From Dehalococcoidia bacterium (GTDB taxonomy: Bacteria; Chloroflexota; Dehalococcoidia; UBA2979): a DNA stretch of 64,000 nucleotides. The notes under the pieces were generated by a model that did not search any database, had not been told where the DNA came from, and saw only the letters and a list, made by a program, of their open reading frames with translations. Position numbers and translations under genes: made by a program. Shown here piece after piece: positions 1-9,359 of the stretch; position 1 is the first letter of the stretch, and each line of letters begins with the position of its first letter. Location of the stretch: NCBI GenBank assembly GCA_965262725.1, contig OZ253555.1:160001-224000 (forward strand). Direction: 5' to 3'.

Positions 1-123
1 AGCCGGGCGCACGGGGAGACGGTCGAGGATCCCGGCGCGCTTCGCGGCGCGCTCGAGCGCGCGATCGCCGCGATCGAACGGGGACAGGCCGCGGTCGTCG
101 ACGTGCACGTCGCGGCGCCCTGA
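1..123 (+). CDS. C-terminal fragment of a probable thiamine-pyrophosphate-dependent enzyme (partial at window start)
   Basis: Frame 1 reads SRAHGETVEDPGALRGALERAIAAIERGQAAVVDVHVAAP*, resembling the C-terminus of acetolactate-synthase-like TPP enzymes. Confidence 0.6.
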   Translation, partial: SRAHGETVEDPGALRGALERAIAAIERGQAAVVDVHVAAP

Positions 124-313
124 CCGGGAGGCCGGACTCGCAGGTCGTCCGCCCGCGCCCGGCTCGGCCCGCTCGGGGAGCAGCTACGACCCGGATCCGA
201 CGACGGTCGCGGTGGATGCCGTGCCCATCGTGGTCGAGTCCACGACCGACGAGTACTTCGTGCTCTCTGTGAAGCACTGGAACCGGGCTCTCACGCCGCG
301 ATGGCGAGAGGTG

Positions 314-353
314 TGGAGCGGGAGACGGGATTCGAACCCGCGACCCTCTGCTT
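314..353 (-). pseudogene. 3' half of tRNA-Gly (fragment, possible att-site relic)
   Basis: Reverse complement is AAGCAGAGGGTCGCGGGTTCGAATCCCGTCTCCCGCTCCA: T-arm, Gly-type acceptor strand UCCCGC-U-CCA; no D-arm or 5' half upstream. Confidence 0.7.
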
Positions 354-418
354 CGTGGACGTGGGACGAGCCGCCGCGGGTCCACGCGCGCGATCCGGGG
401 CCGGCTGAGGCACCTCCC

Positions 419-2134
419 CTAGCGGTGCCACTCGGCGATATTCCAGAGCTCGCTGTCCCACCCGTTGATGCGCACGCCCTGAAGCGTCTCTGCGTGAGCG
501 GAGACTGAGCCCCTCAACACGAGCGGGATCTCGTAATAGCCCTGGACCAGGATGTCGTTGAGCTCCTTCACGAGTGCGTCGCGCTCGGGCCCGATCGGGA
601 GCTGGGAGAGGCGCGTCAGGAGGTCGTCGTAGGCCGGGTCGCAGGCGCGCGCGTTGTTCTCGCCGGCCCAGTTGTCCTCCCGTGTCTGGATGTGTTCGCA
701 GTCCAGTCCGGCGAGATAGCCCTGCGGGTCGACGCCCGGTCCGGTCGCGTACATCTGGACGTCGGCGAAGAACCGGCGGAAGGAGGCGCCCGGGTCGTTC
801 ACTGCGTCGTCGCCGAAGAAGACGCCCCCGTCGTGCCCAAGGAGCTCGGCCTCGACGCCGATCTGCCGCCACCACTCCCGTACCAGCTCCTGCGTTGCCT
901 GCCTGACCGGGTTGACCGTGGTCTGGTAGGTGATGCGCAGGGGGACGCCCCGGTATTCGCGGACGCCGTCTCCGTCGCTGTCGATGACGCCGCTCTCGTC
1001 GAGCAGCCTGTTCGCGCCCTCGATGTCCTGAACGAGGCAGCCCTCGTTCGCAGTCGACGCGTAGCGCGGTGGGGCCGCGATCAGGTTGCAGGCGGGCCTC
1101 CCGGCGAAGCCGTAGAGCTCGCCGGCGATGCGGGAGCGGGAGATAGCCATCGACATCGCCTGCGGGATCGGCGTGAACGTCAGGAAGGGGTGGGGGTTCG
1201 TCCCGCCGAGGTACTCGGAGCGCCGCTCGCCGAGGGCCGGGTCCGGATTGGTCTGGTTGACGACGATGCGCTCGACGGTGCTGGCAAAGGCCGCCACCAC
1301 CGTGCCGCGCCCGCCCGCCTCCAGCTCGGCCAGCGTCCCAGGCTCCACCTGGATGTTCCAGGCGTAGTCGGCCTCGCCCGTCTCCAGGACGGCGCGCGCC
1401 GCCGAGAGCGCGTCGCCGCCCCCCTGGAGCATCACGCGGTCGAAGTAGGGCGCCTCCCCGCGGTAGTGCGGGTTCCGCTCGAAGACGGCGCGATCGTTGG
1501 GCACGAACTGCACGATGCGGTAGGGGCCGCTCCCCAGCGGGGCGACGTTCTGCTCGACGCAGCCCCGAGCCGCCGCACCGACGCAGCCCGAGAACTGCGC
1601 CTCGCTGATGACCGCCGTCGAGCCGCCGACGAAGGCGTCGTAGGGATACGGCGCCTGAGCCTCGAAGAGGATCTCGACCGTGAGGTCATCGGGGGCGCGC
1701 ACGGAGGAGATGCCGGAGAAGGCGCTGCCGACAGTGCAGCCGCTCTCCGGGGCGGTGCAGTAGCGCCAGGTGAAGACCACGTCGCGCGCGGTCAGCTCGC
1801 TCCCGTCCGACCACGTGAGACCCGGGCGCAGCCGCCACGTGATCGAGGTCCCGTCGGGCGCGATGCCGCCGTTCTCCACGGTCGGGATCTCGGCGGCGAG
1901 CCTCGGGACGAGCCGCCCCTCCGGGTCGTAGCTCGCCAGGGGCTCGAGCGTGATCGCGGCGGCGTCGGTGTCCTTGAACCCCGATGACAGGTACGGGCTG
2001 GGGAGCGAGGGGGCCTGCCAGTAGAGGAGCGTCAGGACGCGCTCCTCCTCCTGCGAGTCCGACCCGAACGCCCCGCAGCCGGCCGCGAGGAGGAGCCCGA
2101 TCAGGGCGAGGGCGGCGGCCAGCACCGTCTTCAT
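419..2134 (-). CDS. Peptide/nickel ABC transporter substrate-binding lipoprotein (family 5)
   Basis: Lipobox-like LAAGC; LRPGLTWSDG..TARDVVFTW and GSGPY motifs of SBP family 5. Confidence 0.9.
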   Translation of the reverse strand: MKTVLAAALALIGLLLAAGCGAFGSDSQEEERVLTLLYWQAPSLPSPYLSSGFKDTDAAAITLEPLASYDPEGRLVPRLAAEIPTVENGGIAPDGTSITWRLRPGLTWSDGSELTARDVVFTWRYCTAPESGCTVGSAFSGISSVRAPDDLTVEILFEAQAPYPYDAFVGGSTAVISEAQFSGCVGAAARGCVEQNVAPLGSGPYRIVQFVPNDRAVFERNPHYRGEAPYFDRVMLQGGGDALSAARAVLETGEADYAWNIQVEPGTLAELEAGGRGTVVAAFASTVERIVVNQTNPDPALGERRSEYLGGTNPHPFLTFTPIPQAMSMAISRSRIAGELYGFAGRPACNLIAAPPRYASTANEGCLVQDIEGANRLLDESGVIDSDGDGVREYRGVPLRITYQTTVNPVRQATQELVREWWRQIGVEAELLGHDGGVFFGDDAVNDPGASFRRFFADVQMYATGPGVDPQGYLAGLDCEHIQTREDNWAGENNARACDPAYDDLLTRLSQLPIGPERDALVKELNDILVQGYYEIPLVLRGSVSAHAETLQGVRINGWDSELWNIAEWHR

Positions 2135-2326
2135 CTGAGGATCCCGGCATGACTCGCGTGGGGGAGCGGCGGGATCTCGCTCATCGCGGCGACCCTAGCA
2201 CCGCACCTCGGCGGGATCATGCTCCCGCTCCGGCGGGGCCGCCGCGCGGTCAGCCGGCGGCGGTATGCTGTCGGCAAGGCGGAGCGCGGCACCGCTGCCG
2301 ACTCGTTGCGCGAAGCGGGGGCCGCG

Positions 2327-3277
2327 GTGGCCGAGCATGTGATCACGCCGGGGGACGGGACGCTCCACGGCCGCTTCTCGCGCGATCTCCCTCCCGCGCT
2401 CACCGTCGACCCCGGCGACACGATTGTCCTCTCCACCCTCGACGCGCTGTGGAGCCTCGAGCCGCCGACCGAGGACGGCTCGCCGCACCGCGCCTACGAG
2501 CCGCGCCGCGAGGGTATCGACGACGGCCACGCGCTCGTGGGCCCCGTATCGGTCCGGGGCGCCGAGCCGGGGATGACGCTCGAGGTGGAGCTGCTCTCGC
2601 TGCGCACCGGGCCCTGGGGGTGGACGCGCGCGGGGCTCCGCGCCACGCCGCTCGCGGAGCGCCTCGGCGTCGCCGGGCAGCCCGCCCGGTTGCTCTGGGA
2701 CCTCGATCGCGACGCGGGCCTCGCGCGCGATCAGTTCGGACACAGTGTGCCGCTGCGCCCCTTTCTCGGGGTGATCGGGCTCGCTCCGGCCGAGCCCGGC
2801 CTCCACCCGACGTGGCCGCCCCGGCGCGAGGGCGGAAACATCGACTGCCGGGAGCTGGTCGCCGGGAGCCGCCTCCTGCTCCCGATCGCGGTGCCGGGGG
2901 CGCTGCTCTCCGTCGGCGACGGCCACGCGGCGCAGGGAGACGGCGAGGTCTCCGGGACGGCCGTGGAGTGCGCGATGGAGCGCGTGGAGCTGGTCGTGCG
3001 GCTTCACGAGCGGCTCGCGCTTGAGACGATGCGCGCGGAGACGCCGGCCGGCACCCTCACCCTCGGCGTGCACGAGGATCTCGAGGAGGCGGCGCACATC
3101 GCGCTCGACGCGATGGTGGGACTGATCGCCGAGCGAGAGGGGATCTCGCGCTCTCAGGCGCTCGCGCTCGCCTCGGTCGTGGTCGATCTGCGCGTGACGC
3201 AGATCGTGAACGCCGGCGTCCGCGGCGTGCACGCGCTCCTCCCCGCCGGAGCGCTCGCGCGGGGGTCCGCGGGGTGA
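2327..3277 (+). CDS. Acetamidase/formamidase family protein
   Basis: HALVGPVSVRGAEPG, GGNIDC and GDGHAAQGDGEVSGTAVE motifs; start placed at GTG 2327 downstream of a TATGCT -10. Confidence 0.9.
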   Translation: MAEHVITPGDGTLHGRFSRDLPPALTVDPGDTIVLSTLDALWSLEPPTEDGSPHRAYEPRREGIDDGHALVGPVSVRGAEPGMTLEVELLSLRTGPWGWTRAGLRATPLAERLGVAGQPARLLWDLDRDAGLARDQFGHSVPLRPFLGVIGLAPAEPGLHPTWPPRREGGNIDCRELVAGSRLLLPIAVPGALLSVGDGHAAQGDGEVSGTAVECAMERVELVVRLHERLALETMRAETPAGTLTLGVHEDLEEAAHIALDAMVGLIAEREGISRSQALALASVVVDLRVTQIVNAGVRGVHALLPAGALARGSAG

Positions 3278-4464
3278 GCGCTCGCCCCGCGCGCGAGCCA
3301 CTCTGGAGCCGTGACTACGTCCTCACGCTGCTGACGACGTTCTCCTTCTTCGCGAGCGTCTTCTACCTCACGATCACGCTGCCCGAGTACATCGACGAGC
3401 TCGGCGGCGCGGCGTGGGAGGTGGGGCTCGTGACCGGGGCGTTCGCCGTCGTCCCCATCGTGCTCCGGCCCTACGTCGGCCGCTGGAGTGACCGCGGTGG
3501 CCGCAAGTGGCTGATCCGCGGGGGGCTCGTCGTGATGGTGCTCTCCCTCGCCCCGATGGGCGCCACCCGCGAGATTCTGGTGCTCCTCTGTCTGCGCCTG
3601 GTGCAGGGCATCGGTGTCTCGATGGTGCCAACCTCGGCGGCGGCGCTGATAGCCGCGGTCGTGCCGGCGTCGCGTCGGGGCGAGGGCGTCGGCTTCTTCG
3701 GGATGGCGGCCGGCAGCGCGCAGATGGTCGGTCCCATCGCCGGCGCCTGGTTCGCGGCGCAGTGGGGGTTCGGGGCGGTCTTCGCCATCGCGAGCATCAC
3801 CGCGGCGGTGGCGCTGCTCTCGATCCACCCCGTCTCCGAGCCGCCGGTCGGCGCCTCCGTGCGCTCCGGTCGGAGCGGCCCGCTGCTGCCGCGGCGCGCG
3901 CTCTTTCCGGCCGCGATCTTCTTCGCGACGACGCTCGCCTTCACGGCGGCGTTCATCTTCCTGCCGCTCCTCGGGAAGGAGCGTGGCCTCGGCGAGGTGG
4001 CGCTCTTCTTCACGATGCACGGCGCCGCCTCGCTCGTGGCGAGACCGCTCGGCGGGCGGATCTCCGACCACTTCGGCCGTGTGCCGGTCGTCACCTTCGG
4101 CCTCAGCGCGATGGTCGTCTCGATGCTGATCCTCGCCTCGGCCGGGAGCTTCGGCCTCGTCCTCGCCGCCGGACTCTGCTCCGGCCTCGGGCTCGGCTCG
4201 ACGCAGACCGGGTGCTTCGCCCTCGCGCTTGATTCCGTGCCCTACGAGCAGCAGGGGGGCGCCACCGCGGTGCTCCAGCTCGCCTGGGACGTCGCCGGCA
4301 TCGTGGCGGGCGTCGGCTTCGGGATCGTCGCGACCCTTGCCGGCCTGGCGGCGATCTTCTGGAGCTCGGCGGCGCTCGTGGGCGTCGCCATCGTCGCGCT
4401 GCATCTCGGCCGGGCGGGCGGGCTGACGGCGACGACCCCGCTGGGCCCGCCGCCGCCCGCGTAG
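3274..4464 (+). CDS. MFS transporter
   Basis: About 12 hydrophobic segments; motif A twice (GRWSDRGGRK, GRISDHFGRV); overlaps acetamidase stop (GTGA). Confidence 0.9.
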   Translation: MSARPAREPLWSRDYVLTLLTTFSFFASVFYLTITLPEYIDELGGAAWEVGLVTGAFAVVPIVLRPYVGRWSDRGGRKWLIRGGLVVMVLSLAPMGATREILVLLCLRLVQGIGVSMVPTSAAALIAAVVPASRRGEGVGFFGMAAGSAQMVGPIAGAWFAAQWGFGAVFAIASITAAVALLSIHPVSEPPVGASVRSGRSGPLLPRRALFPAAIFFATTLAFTAAFIFLPLLGKERGLGEVALFFTMHGAASLVARPLGGRISDHFGRVPVVTFGLSAMVVSMLILASAGSFGLVLAAGLCSGLGLGSTQTGCFALALDSVPYEQQGGATAVLQLAWDVAGIVAGVGFGIVATLAGLAAIFWSSAALVGVAIVALHLGRAGGLTATTPLGPPPPA

Positions 4465-4547
4465 TGCGCCCCGCCACCCGCAGGCGCCGCTCCGGGTAGG
4501 CTCTGGCGGGGGCGGCCGCGGATCGCCGCCGGGCGGACGGGAGCACG

Positions 4548-5174
4548 ATGCCCACAGGCGCCGAGGGCGAGCGCGAGGCGCTCCGCCACTACATCGACGA
4601 CACGCTCCGGGCGCCTCAGGTCGCCGCGGACGCGATCCTCGGCGCCATCTTCCTTGCCGATGCCGGGAACCGCGCCCTCATGGCGGCGGCTGTGGCCGGC
4701 CGGCTCGCCGAGGCGGCTCGCCGCTTCACCGCGGTCTACGGCGCCCTCTCGGACCGCACGCGTCCCGTCATGGACAGGCTCCAGGCGCCGCTCCCCGGCG
4801 CCGCCGAGTGGGAGGCCCTCGCCGAGCATCTGCGCCGGATGAGCGCCCCCGCCATCCTCGCTGTGCTCCGCCTCGACGAGAGCGCCGCCGTGAGCGCGGA
4901 GGCGCTCTCAGCCCATGCGGATGAGCTCGGCAGGTACACGGAACTCATCCGCGCCCACGAGGTGGAGCCGCCGCGCCTCTGGCGCGAGCGGGGCGAGCCC
5001 GGCGAGCCCGGCTGGCTGCGCTTCAACGGGCGCGCGCAGGACGGCGCGCCCGTTGAGGAGCGCCTGCCACTGACCGAGGAGGCGGTGGTGGCGCTCGCCG
5101 ACGCGGTGGGCGAGCTGGTCACGCTCTCGCGCGACTTCCTCGGCGCCTACGCGGACGCGCGTCCGGCGGGCTGA
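4548..5174 (+). CDS. Hypothetical protein
   Basis: 208-aa ORF with GGGAG RBS and protein-like composition; no recognised motif. Confidence 0.65.
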   Translation: MPTGAEGEREALRHYIDDTLRAPQVAADAILGAIFLADAGNRALMAAAVAGRLAEAARRFTAVYGALSDRTRPVMDRLQAPLPGAAEWEALAEHLRRMSAPAILAVLRLDESAAVSAEALSAHADELGRYTELIRAHEVEPPRLWRERGEPGEPGWLRFNGRAQDGAPVEERLPLTEEAVVALADAVGELVTLSRDFLGAYADARPAG

Positions 5175-5368
5175 GCATGGGCGCGGCCACCCGCAGCCTG
5201 CGTCCCCGCAGGGAGTGCCGGTCGAGACCGTTCACGTGGAGTGAACCCGTGCACTGGCCGGGTGCTGATGAAGGCCTGAAGCTGAGCCAGAGCGCGAAGG
5301 CGTCGTCGCCGGCGATGGCGTGGCGGAGACGGCCGACGCCCAGCTAAGCCGCCTTCGAGACGAGTCTG

Positions 5369-6700
5369 CTACCCGCCGAGGTCGACGCCTGCCGGGGAGC
5401 CCAGGGCCGTCCACGCGTGCTGCGCGATCGCGAGCAGCCGCGCATCGCTCCCGAACGCGCCGACCAGCTGCACCCCGACGGGGAGTCCGGCCGGCCCACG
5501 TCGGACGGGCACCGCGACGCACGGGAGGTGGAGCACCGTCCAGAGCCGGTTGAGGATCGGGTTGCCGGTGCTCGCGAGCCCGGCGGGCGCCTCGCCGGGG
5601 GCGCTCGGCGCGATGATGGCGTCGTAGCGCTCGAAGATCCCGGGCATCGCCCGCCGCGAGCGCATCACGAGGTCGGTCGCGGTGCGGAGCTCGGCCGCGC
5701 CGACGCGCTCCCCGAGCGCGAGCCGATCCTTGATATGATCGGAGAGATCGGACCGGCGGTCGCGCCACTCCTCGGCAAGCCAGAACGTCATCTCGCGGCA
5801 CATGATCGCGTTCTGCGCCTCGCCCAGGTCGTCGAACTCGGGCGGGAGCTCCATCGCCTCGACGCTCGCGCCCACTCCCCGCAGCGCCTCTGCCGCGTCG
5901 TCGAGCGCCTCCGCGACGCCGGCGCCCGTGTGTGACCAGTCGGGCGTGCGGCAGACGGCGAGGCGGAGATCGCGCGCGCCCCGCGCGTCGACCAGAGAGT
6001 CGAGCGCCGGCAGCGCTTCGCCGCGGTAGGCGCCGAGCACCAGCGCGAGATCCTCGATGCTGCGGCCGTACCAGCCGATGGTGTCGAGCGAGTCGGCGAC
6101 GAAGCTCACGCCGTCGCGCGCGACCGTGCCGAAGCTGGGCTTGATGCCCGGAATGCCGTTGTAGGCGGCGGGCCGGATCACCGAGCCGGCCGTCTGCGTC
6201 CCGAGCGCGAGCGACACCTGGTAGTCGGCGACGGCGGCCCCCGATCCCGAGGAGGAGCCGCCGGGCGTGTGCCCCGGATTGTGGGGGTTGCGGGTCGGGC
6301 CGGCGCCGCCGCAGGCGAACTCCGTGGTCACCGTCTTGCCGAGGATGACGGCGCCCGCCGCGCGCAGCACCGCCGTCGCCGTCGCGTCGCGCCCGGGGTG
6401 CCGGCCGCGGTAGATGACGGAGCCGCGCTCGGCCGGGAGCTCCTCGGTATCGATGATGTCCTTGATGCCGACGGTGATGCCGTGGAGCGGGCCGCGGTCG
6501 GTCTCCTGCGCGTCGCGCGCGCGCGCCATCTGAAGCGCGAGCTCCTCGTCGAGGTGCGCCCACGCCCGGACGTCATCGTCTCGCGTGCGGATGCGATCCA
6601 GGCACGCCTGGAGCAGCGTCTCTGAGCGAAGCTCGCCCGCCGCGATCGCCCGCACCGCCTCGGACGCCGTCAGCCGCGCCGGATCCGCCACCTGCGTCAT
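5369..6700 (-). CDS. Amidase signature family protein
   Basis: GIKDIID, PGGSSSGSGAAVA and GTQTAGSVIRPA (Ser-cisSer-Lys triad region). Confidence 0.93.
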   Translation of the reverse strand: MTQVADPARLTASEAVRAIAAGELRSETLLQACLDRIRTRDDDVRAWAHLDEELALQMARARDAQETDRGPLHGITVGIKDIIDTEELPAERGSVIYRGRHPGRDATATAVLRAAGAVILGKTVTTEFACGGAGPTRNPHNPGHTPGGSSSGSGAAVADYQVSLALGTQTAGSVIRPAAYNGIPGIKPSFGTVARDGVSFVADSLDTIGWYGRSIEDLALVLGAYRGEALPALDSLVDARGARDLRLAVCRTPDWSHTGAGVAEALDDAAEALRGVGASVEAMELPPEFDDLGEAQNAIMCREMTFWLAEEWRDRRSDLSDHIKDRLALGERVGAAELRTATDLVMRSRRAMPGIFERYDAIIAPSAPGEAPAGLASTGNPILNRLWTVLHLPCVAVPVRRGPAGLPVGVQLVGAFGSDARLLAIAQHAWTALGSPAGVDLGG

Positions 6701-6804
6701 GCCGCTCCCCCGCTCATCGTCGCGGGCCCGGGCGGCTCTCCAGCCGCGCTCCCCGCCTCAGGGGGGCGCAGCTTACCAGCGGCGTCCGAGGCCCCGCGCC
6801 TCTG

Positions 6805-7335
6805 CTACGCCTCGCTCCGGAGGTAGGCCGTGGCGAGCGCGTCGGCGTACTCGTTCCAGAGCGAGCCGTCGTGCGCGCGGATCCATCGGATGCGCGCGCG
6901 GGGACGATCCGTCGCCAGCCGGTAGGCGCGCGTGACGAGATCGAGGTTCTTGACCGGCCCGTCCTTCCGCCGCCAGCCGCGGCGCTCCCATCCCGCCGCC
7001 CACTTGGTCACGGTGTCGACGATCAGGCGGCTGTCGCTGTAGAGGTCGGCCTCCTCCTCGGGTCCGAGCAGCGAGAGCCCCTCTATAAGCGCGGTGAGCT
7101 CCATGCGGTTGTTGGTGGTGTGGGGCTCTGAGCCGTAGCGCTCGGCTACGATCTCGCCCTCCGCCACGCGGACCGTGCCCCAGCCGCCGGGGCCCGGGTT
7201 CCCCGAGCACGATCCGTCGGTGAAGACGCCGCTTTGCGGTCCGGCCGTGTAGCGCGCCAGCACCTGCGCGCGGGTCAGAGACGCCCCGCGCGACGTGCCT
7301 CCCCGCGGCGTGCCGGGGGCGCTTCGCGGCCGCAT
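6805..7335 (-). CDS. rnhA: Ribonuclease HI
   Basis: FTDGSCSGNPGPGGWG, TTNNRMEL, SDS and AHDG..WNEYADALA motifs. Confidence 0.93.
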   Translation of the reverse strand: MRPRSAPGTPRGGTSRGASLTRAQVLARYTAGPQSGVFTDGSCSGNPGPGGWGTVRVAEGEIVAERYGSEPHTTNNRMELTALIEGLSLLGPEEEADLYSDSRLIVDTVTKWAAGWERRGWRRKDGPVKNLDLVTRAYRLATDRPRARIRWIRAHDGSLWNEYADALATAYLRSEA

Positions 7336-8951
7336 TACTCGAGGCTCACGCCGCTGTAGAGCATGACCGGGTCACCGGCGAAGACGTCGCTCTCGAGGTT
7401 GACGACGACCACCACGGGGCGGTCGGCGACGACGAGGCCGCTCCCCACCCATCCGTCGGGAAGACGGGGATCCTCCCACTGCCGGAAGCTCCGCTCGCGC
7501 TCGACGCGCAGCGACGCCGAGATGAGGCCGTCGGGGAACTGCTTGGAGTAGTAGAAGGTTCTCAGCGTCGCGTCGCTGCCGTCGAAGGTCAGGACGCGGA
7601 ACCACGAGTTCCACCCCCGGTTCTCGCCGAACGGCCCGAAGTTCTTGTTGAGCACCGGCAGCAGCACCTGACGGGACGCCTCCTCCACGGTGAAGCCGCG
7701 GTAGTCGGCGAGCGGTCCCCCCTCCGAGAGGCGCTGCGCCACGACCGCGATCGGATCCACCGATTGGATGCGGACGGTCCCGCGGAAGACGGGCGGGAGT
7801 GTCACGCCCGGTGGGAGGCAGCCGCCAGCGCCGGCGAAGCGGAGATCGCAGCTGATCGCCGCGTTCACGCCGAGCTCCTGCTCGATCTCGAAGCGGTCGC
7901 CGTGCTCGTCGACGCCCTCGAAGAGCACGGTGACCCGCGTCGGCACGGTCGGCGTCCCCGAGAGGATGCGGAAGCGTGTCGTCCAGGTGCTCTGCCCCTC
8001 GCTCGCGTTGCGGTCGACGAGCGGCAGGACGACCTGGCGCGAGAGCTCTCCTGAGTCGATGGCGCGGTAGCTGGCGAGGCCGGGCCCGTCGCGTTCGCGG
8101 GTCTCGACCATCATCGCGGTGCCCGGCAGGCCGCCGTCGGGGTCGTCGCCGCTCGGGAGGGCTACGACCACGGCTGAGCCGTCGAAGCCGGACTCGACCG
8201 GGAGGCTGTGCTCGTCCCTCACCAGCGAGCCGCGCGGCGGCACGCGGTGCCCCCCGTTCTGACAGCCCGGGGTCGGCCCGGGCGGGTCGACGATGGCGGG
8301 AACGGTCCTGAGCTGCTCGTAGTAGCGGATCTCGATGCAGGCGTACTCGTCTGAGCTCGTGTTCTCGATCGAGAGGCGGGAGACATAGCGTCCCGTGTTC
8401 TGCACGATCGGCGCGTAGAGCGTGTTGCTCCCGTGGGCGAGCCGGAGCGTGTCGCCGGCGATCTGGAACAGCCCCCCCTTGAAGGCGTCGCGGGCGAGCA
8501 GGGTGACGAACGGCTGATCGGCCGTCACGTAGGCGGAGCCGCGGTAGCCGAGCGGGAGATCCTCGAAGCCCTGCTGGAAGAAGGAGCGCCCGGATCCGGG
8601 CCGGAGCGTCCCGCAGACGTCGTCCGTCGGGCAGCGGTCGACCGCTATCTCGTTTCCGTCCTCGTCGTGGAACTGGATCTCGATCGTCGCGGGTTGCGTG
8701 CCGACGTTCTGGATGCGCAGCCAGGAGTTCTCCGTGCCGAGATCGAGAGGCTGCGCGGAGAGCGGTCCCTGGTCGGTGACCGTCGCGGCCACCATCGCGA
8801 GCGCCGCGAGCAACACGCCTCCGAGGGCGCGCCGCCCGGGGCGCCACAGCCGATCGCGCAGGCGCAGGTGAAGCGGTCGGGGCGCTGGCGCGGGCGACGC
8901 TCGCCGTCGGCCGCCGCCTGAGCCGGCGTCGTGCGGCAGAGGTTCGTGCAC
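7335..8951 (-). CDS. Secreted/surface hypothetical protein with four internal beta-rich repeats
   Basis: Hydrophobic signal-like segment followed by about 120-aa repeats; start uncertain. Confidence 0.75.
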   Translation of the reverse strand: MHEPLPHDAGSGGGRRRASPAPAPRPLHLRLRDRLWRPGRRALGGVLLAALAMVAATVTDQGPLSAQPLDLGTENSWLRIQNVGTQPATIEIQFHDEDGNEIAVDRCPTDDVCGTLRPGSGRSFFQQGFEDLPLGYRGSAYVTADQPFVTLLARDAFKGGLFQIAGDTLRLAHGSNTLYAPIVQNTGRYVSRLSIENTSSDEYACIEIRYYEQLRTVPAIVDPPGPTPGCQNGGHRVPPRGSLVRDEHSLPVESGFDGSAVVVALPSGDDPDGGLPGTAMMVETRERDGPGLASYRAIDSGELSRQVVLPLVDRNASEGQSTWTTRFRILSGTPTVPTRVTVLFEGVDEHGDRFEIEQELGVNAAISCDLRFAGAGGCLPPGVTLPPVFRGTVRIQSVDPIAVVAQRLSEGGPLADYRGFTVEEASRQVLLPVLNKNFGPFGENRGWNSWFRVLTFDGSDATLRTFYYSKQFPDGLISASLRVERERSFRQWEDPRLPDGWVGSGLVVADRPVVVVVNLESDVFAGDPVMLYSGVSLE

Positions 8952-9157
8952 GTTGGCCGTGCCCCTCGCTATCCCCCGCCGGGGATCCTACGGCATCCGC
9001 CCACGGGCCCGAGCCGTGCCCGCGGGCATCCCGAGTCGGCGCGCGGAGCGTGGACACTCCCTCGCGGCCGATGCTACGCTCGCTCGCCCGTGAGCGCTGC
9101 GCTCAGGGGGCGGTTCCAGCGCCGCCCACGGCCTGGCCGGCGGGCGCGGCACACCGC

Positions 9158-9234
9158 CGGGGTGTAGCTCAGCTTGGCAGAGCGCGTCGTTCGGGACGAC
9201 GAGGCCCGCAGTTCAAATCTGCGCACCCCGACCA
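9158..9234 (+). tRNA. tRNA-Pro (CGG)
   Basis: CGGGGTGTAGCTCAG..., anticodon loop TT-CGG-GA, GTTCAAATC T-loop, CACCCCG-A-CCA. Confidence 0.96.
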
Positions 9235-9359
9235 CCCTCTCCCCGCGTCCGCGGATCGCCCCAAGCGGCTCCGCCGCGCCGCCTCCGCGTGCGACGTAGC
9301 ATGTCGGGCGCCGCGCGGGCCCCGGTCACGACGACCGGCGCCGGCGGGAGGGGGCCACC

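Noticed and set aside
212-508. 98-aa ORF spanning the tRNA fragment
   Set aside because: Runs through a reverse tRNA fragment and into the SBP gene; not a coherent gene
5255-5310. CTGATGA resembling a hammerhead ribozyme core
   Set aside because: No properly placed GAAA after a stem II, and no stems I/III found
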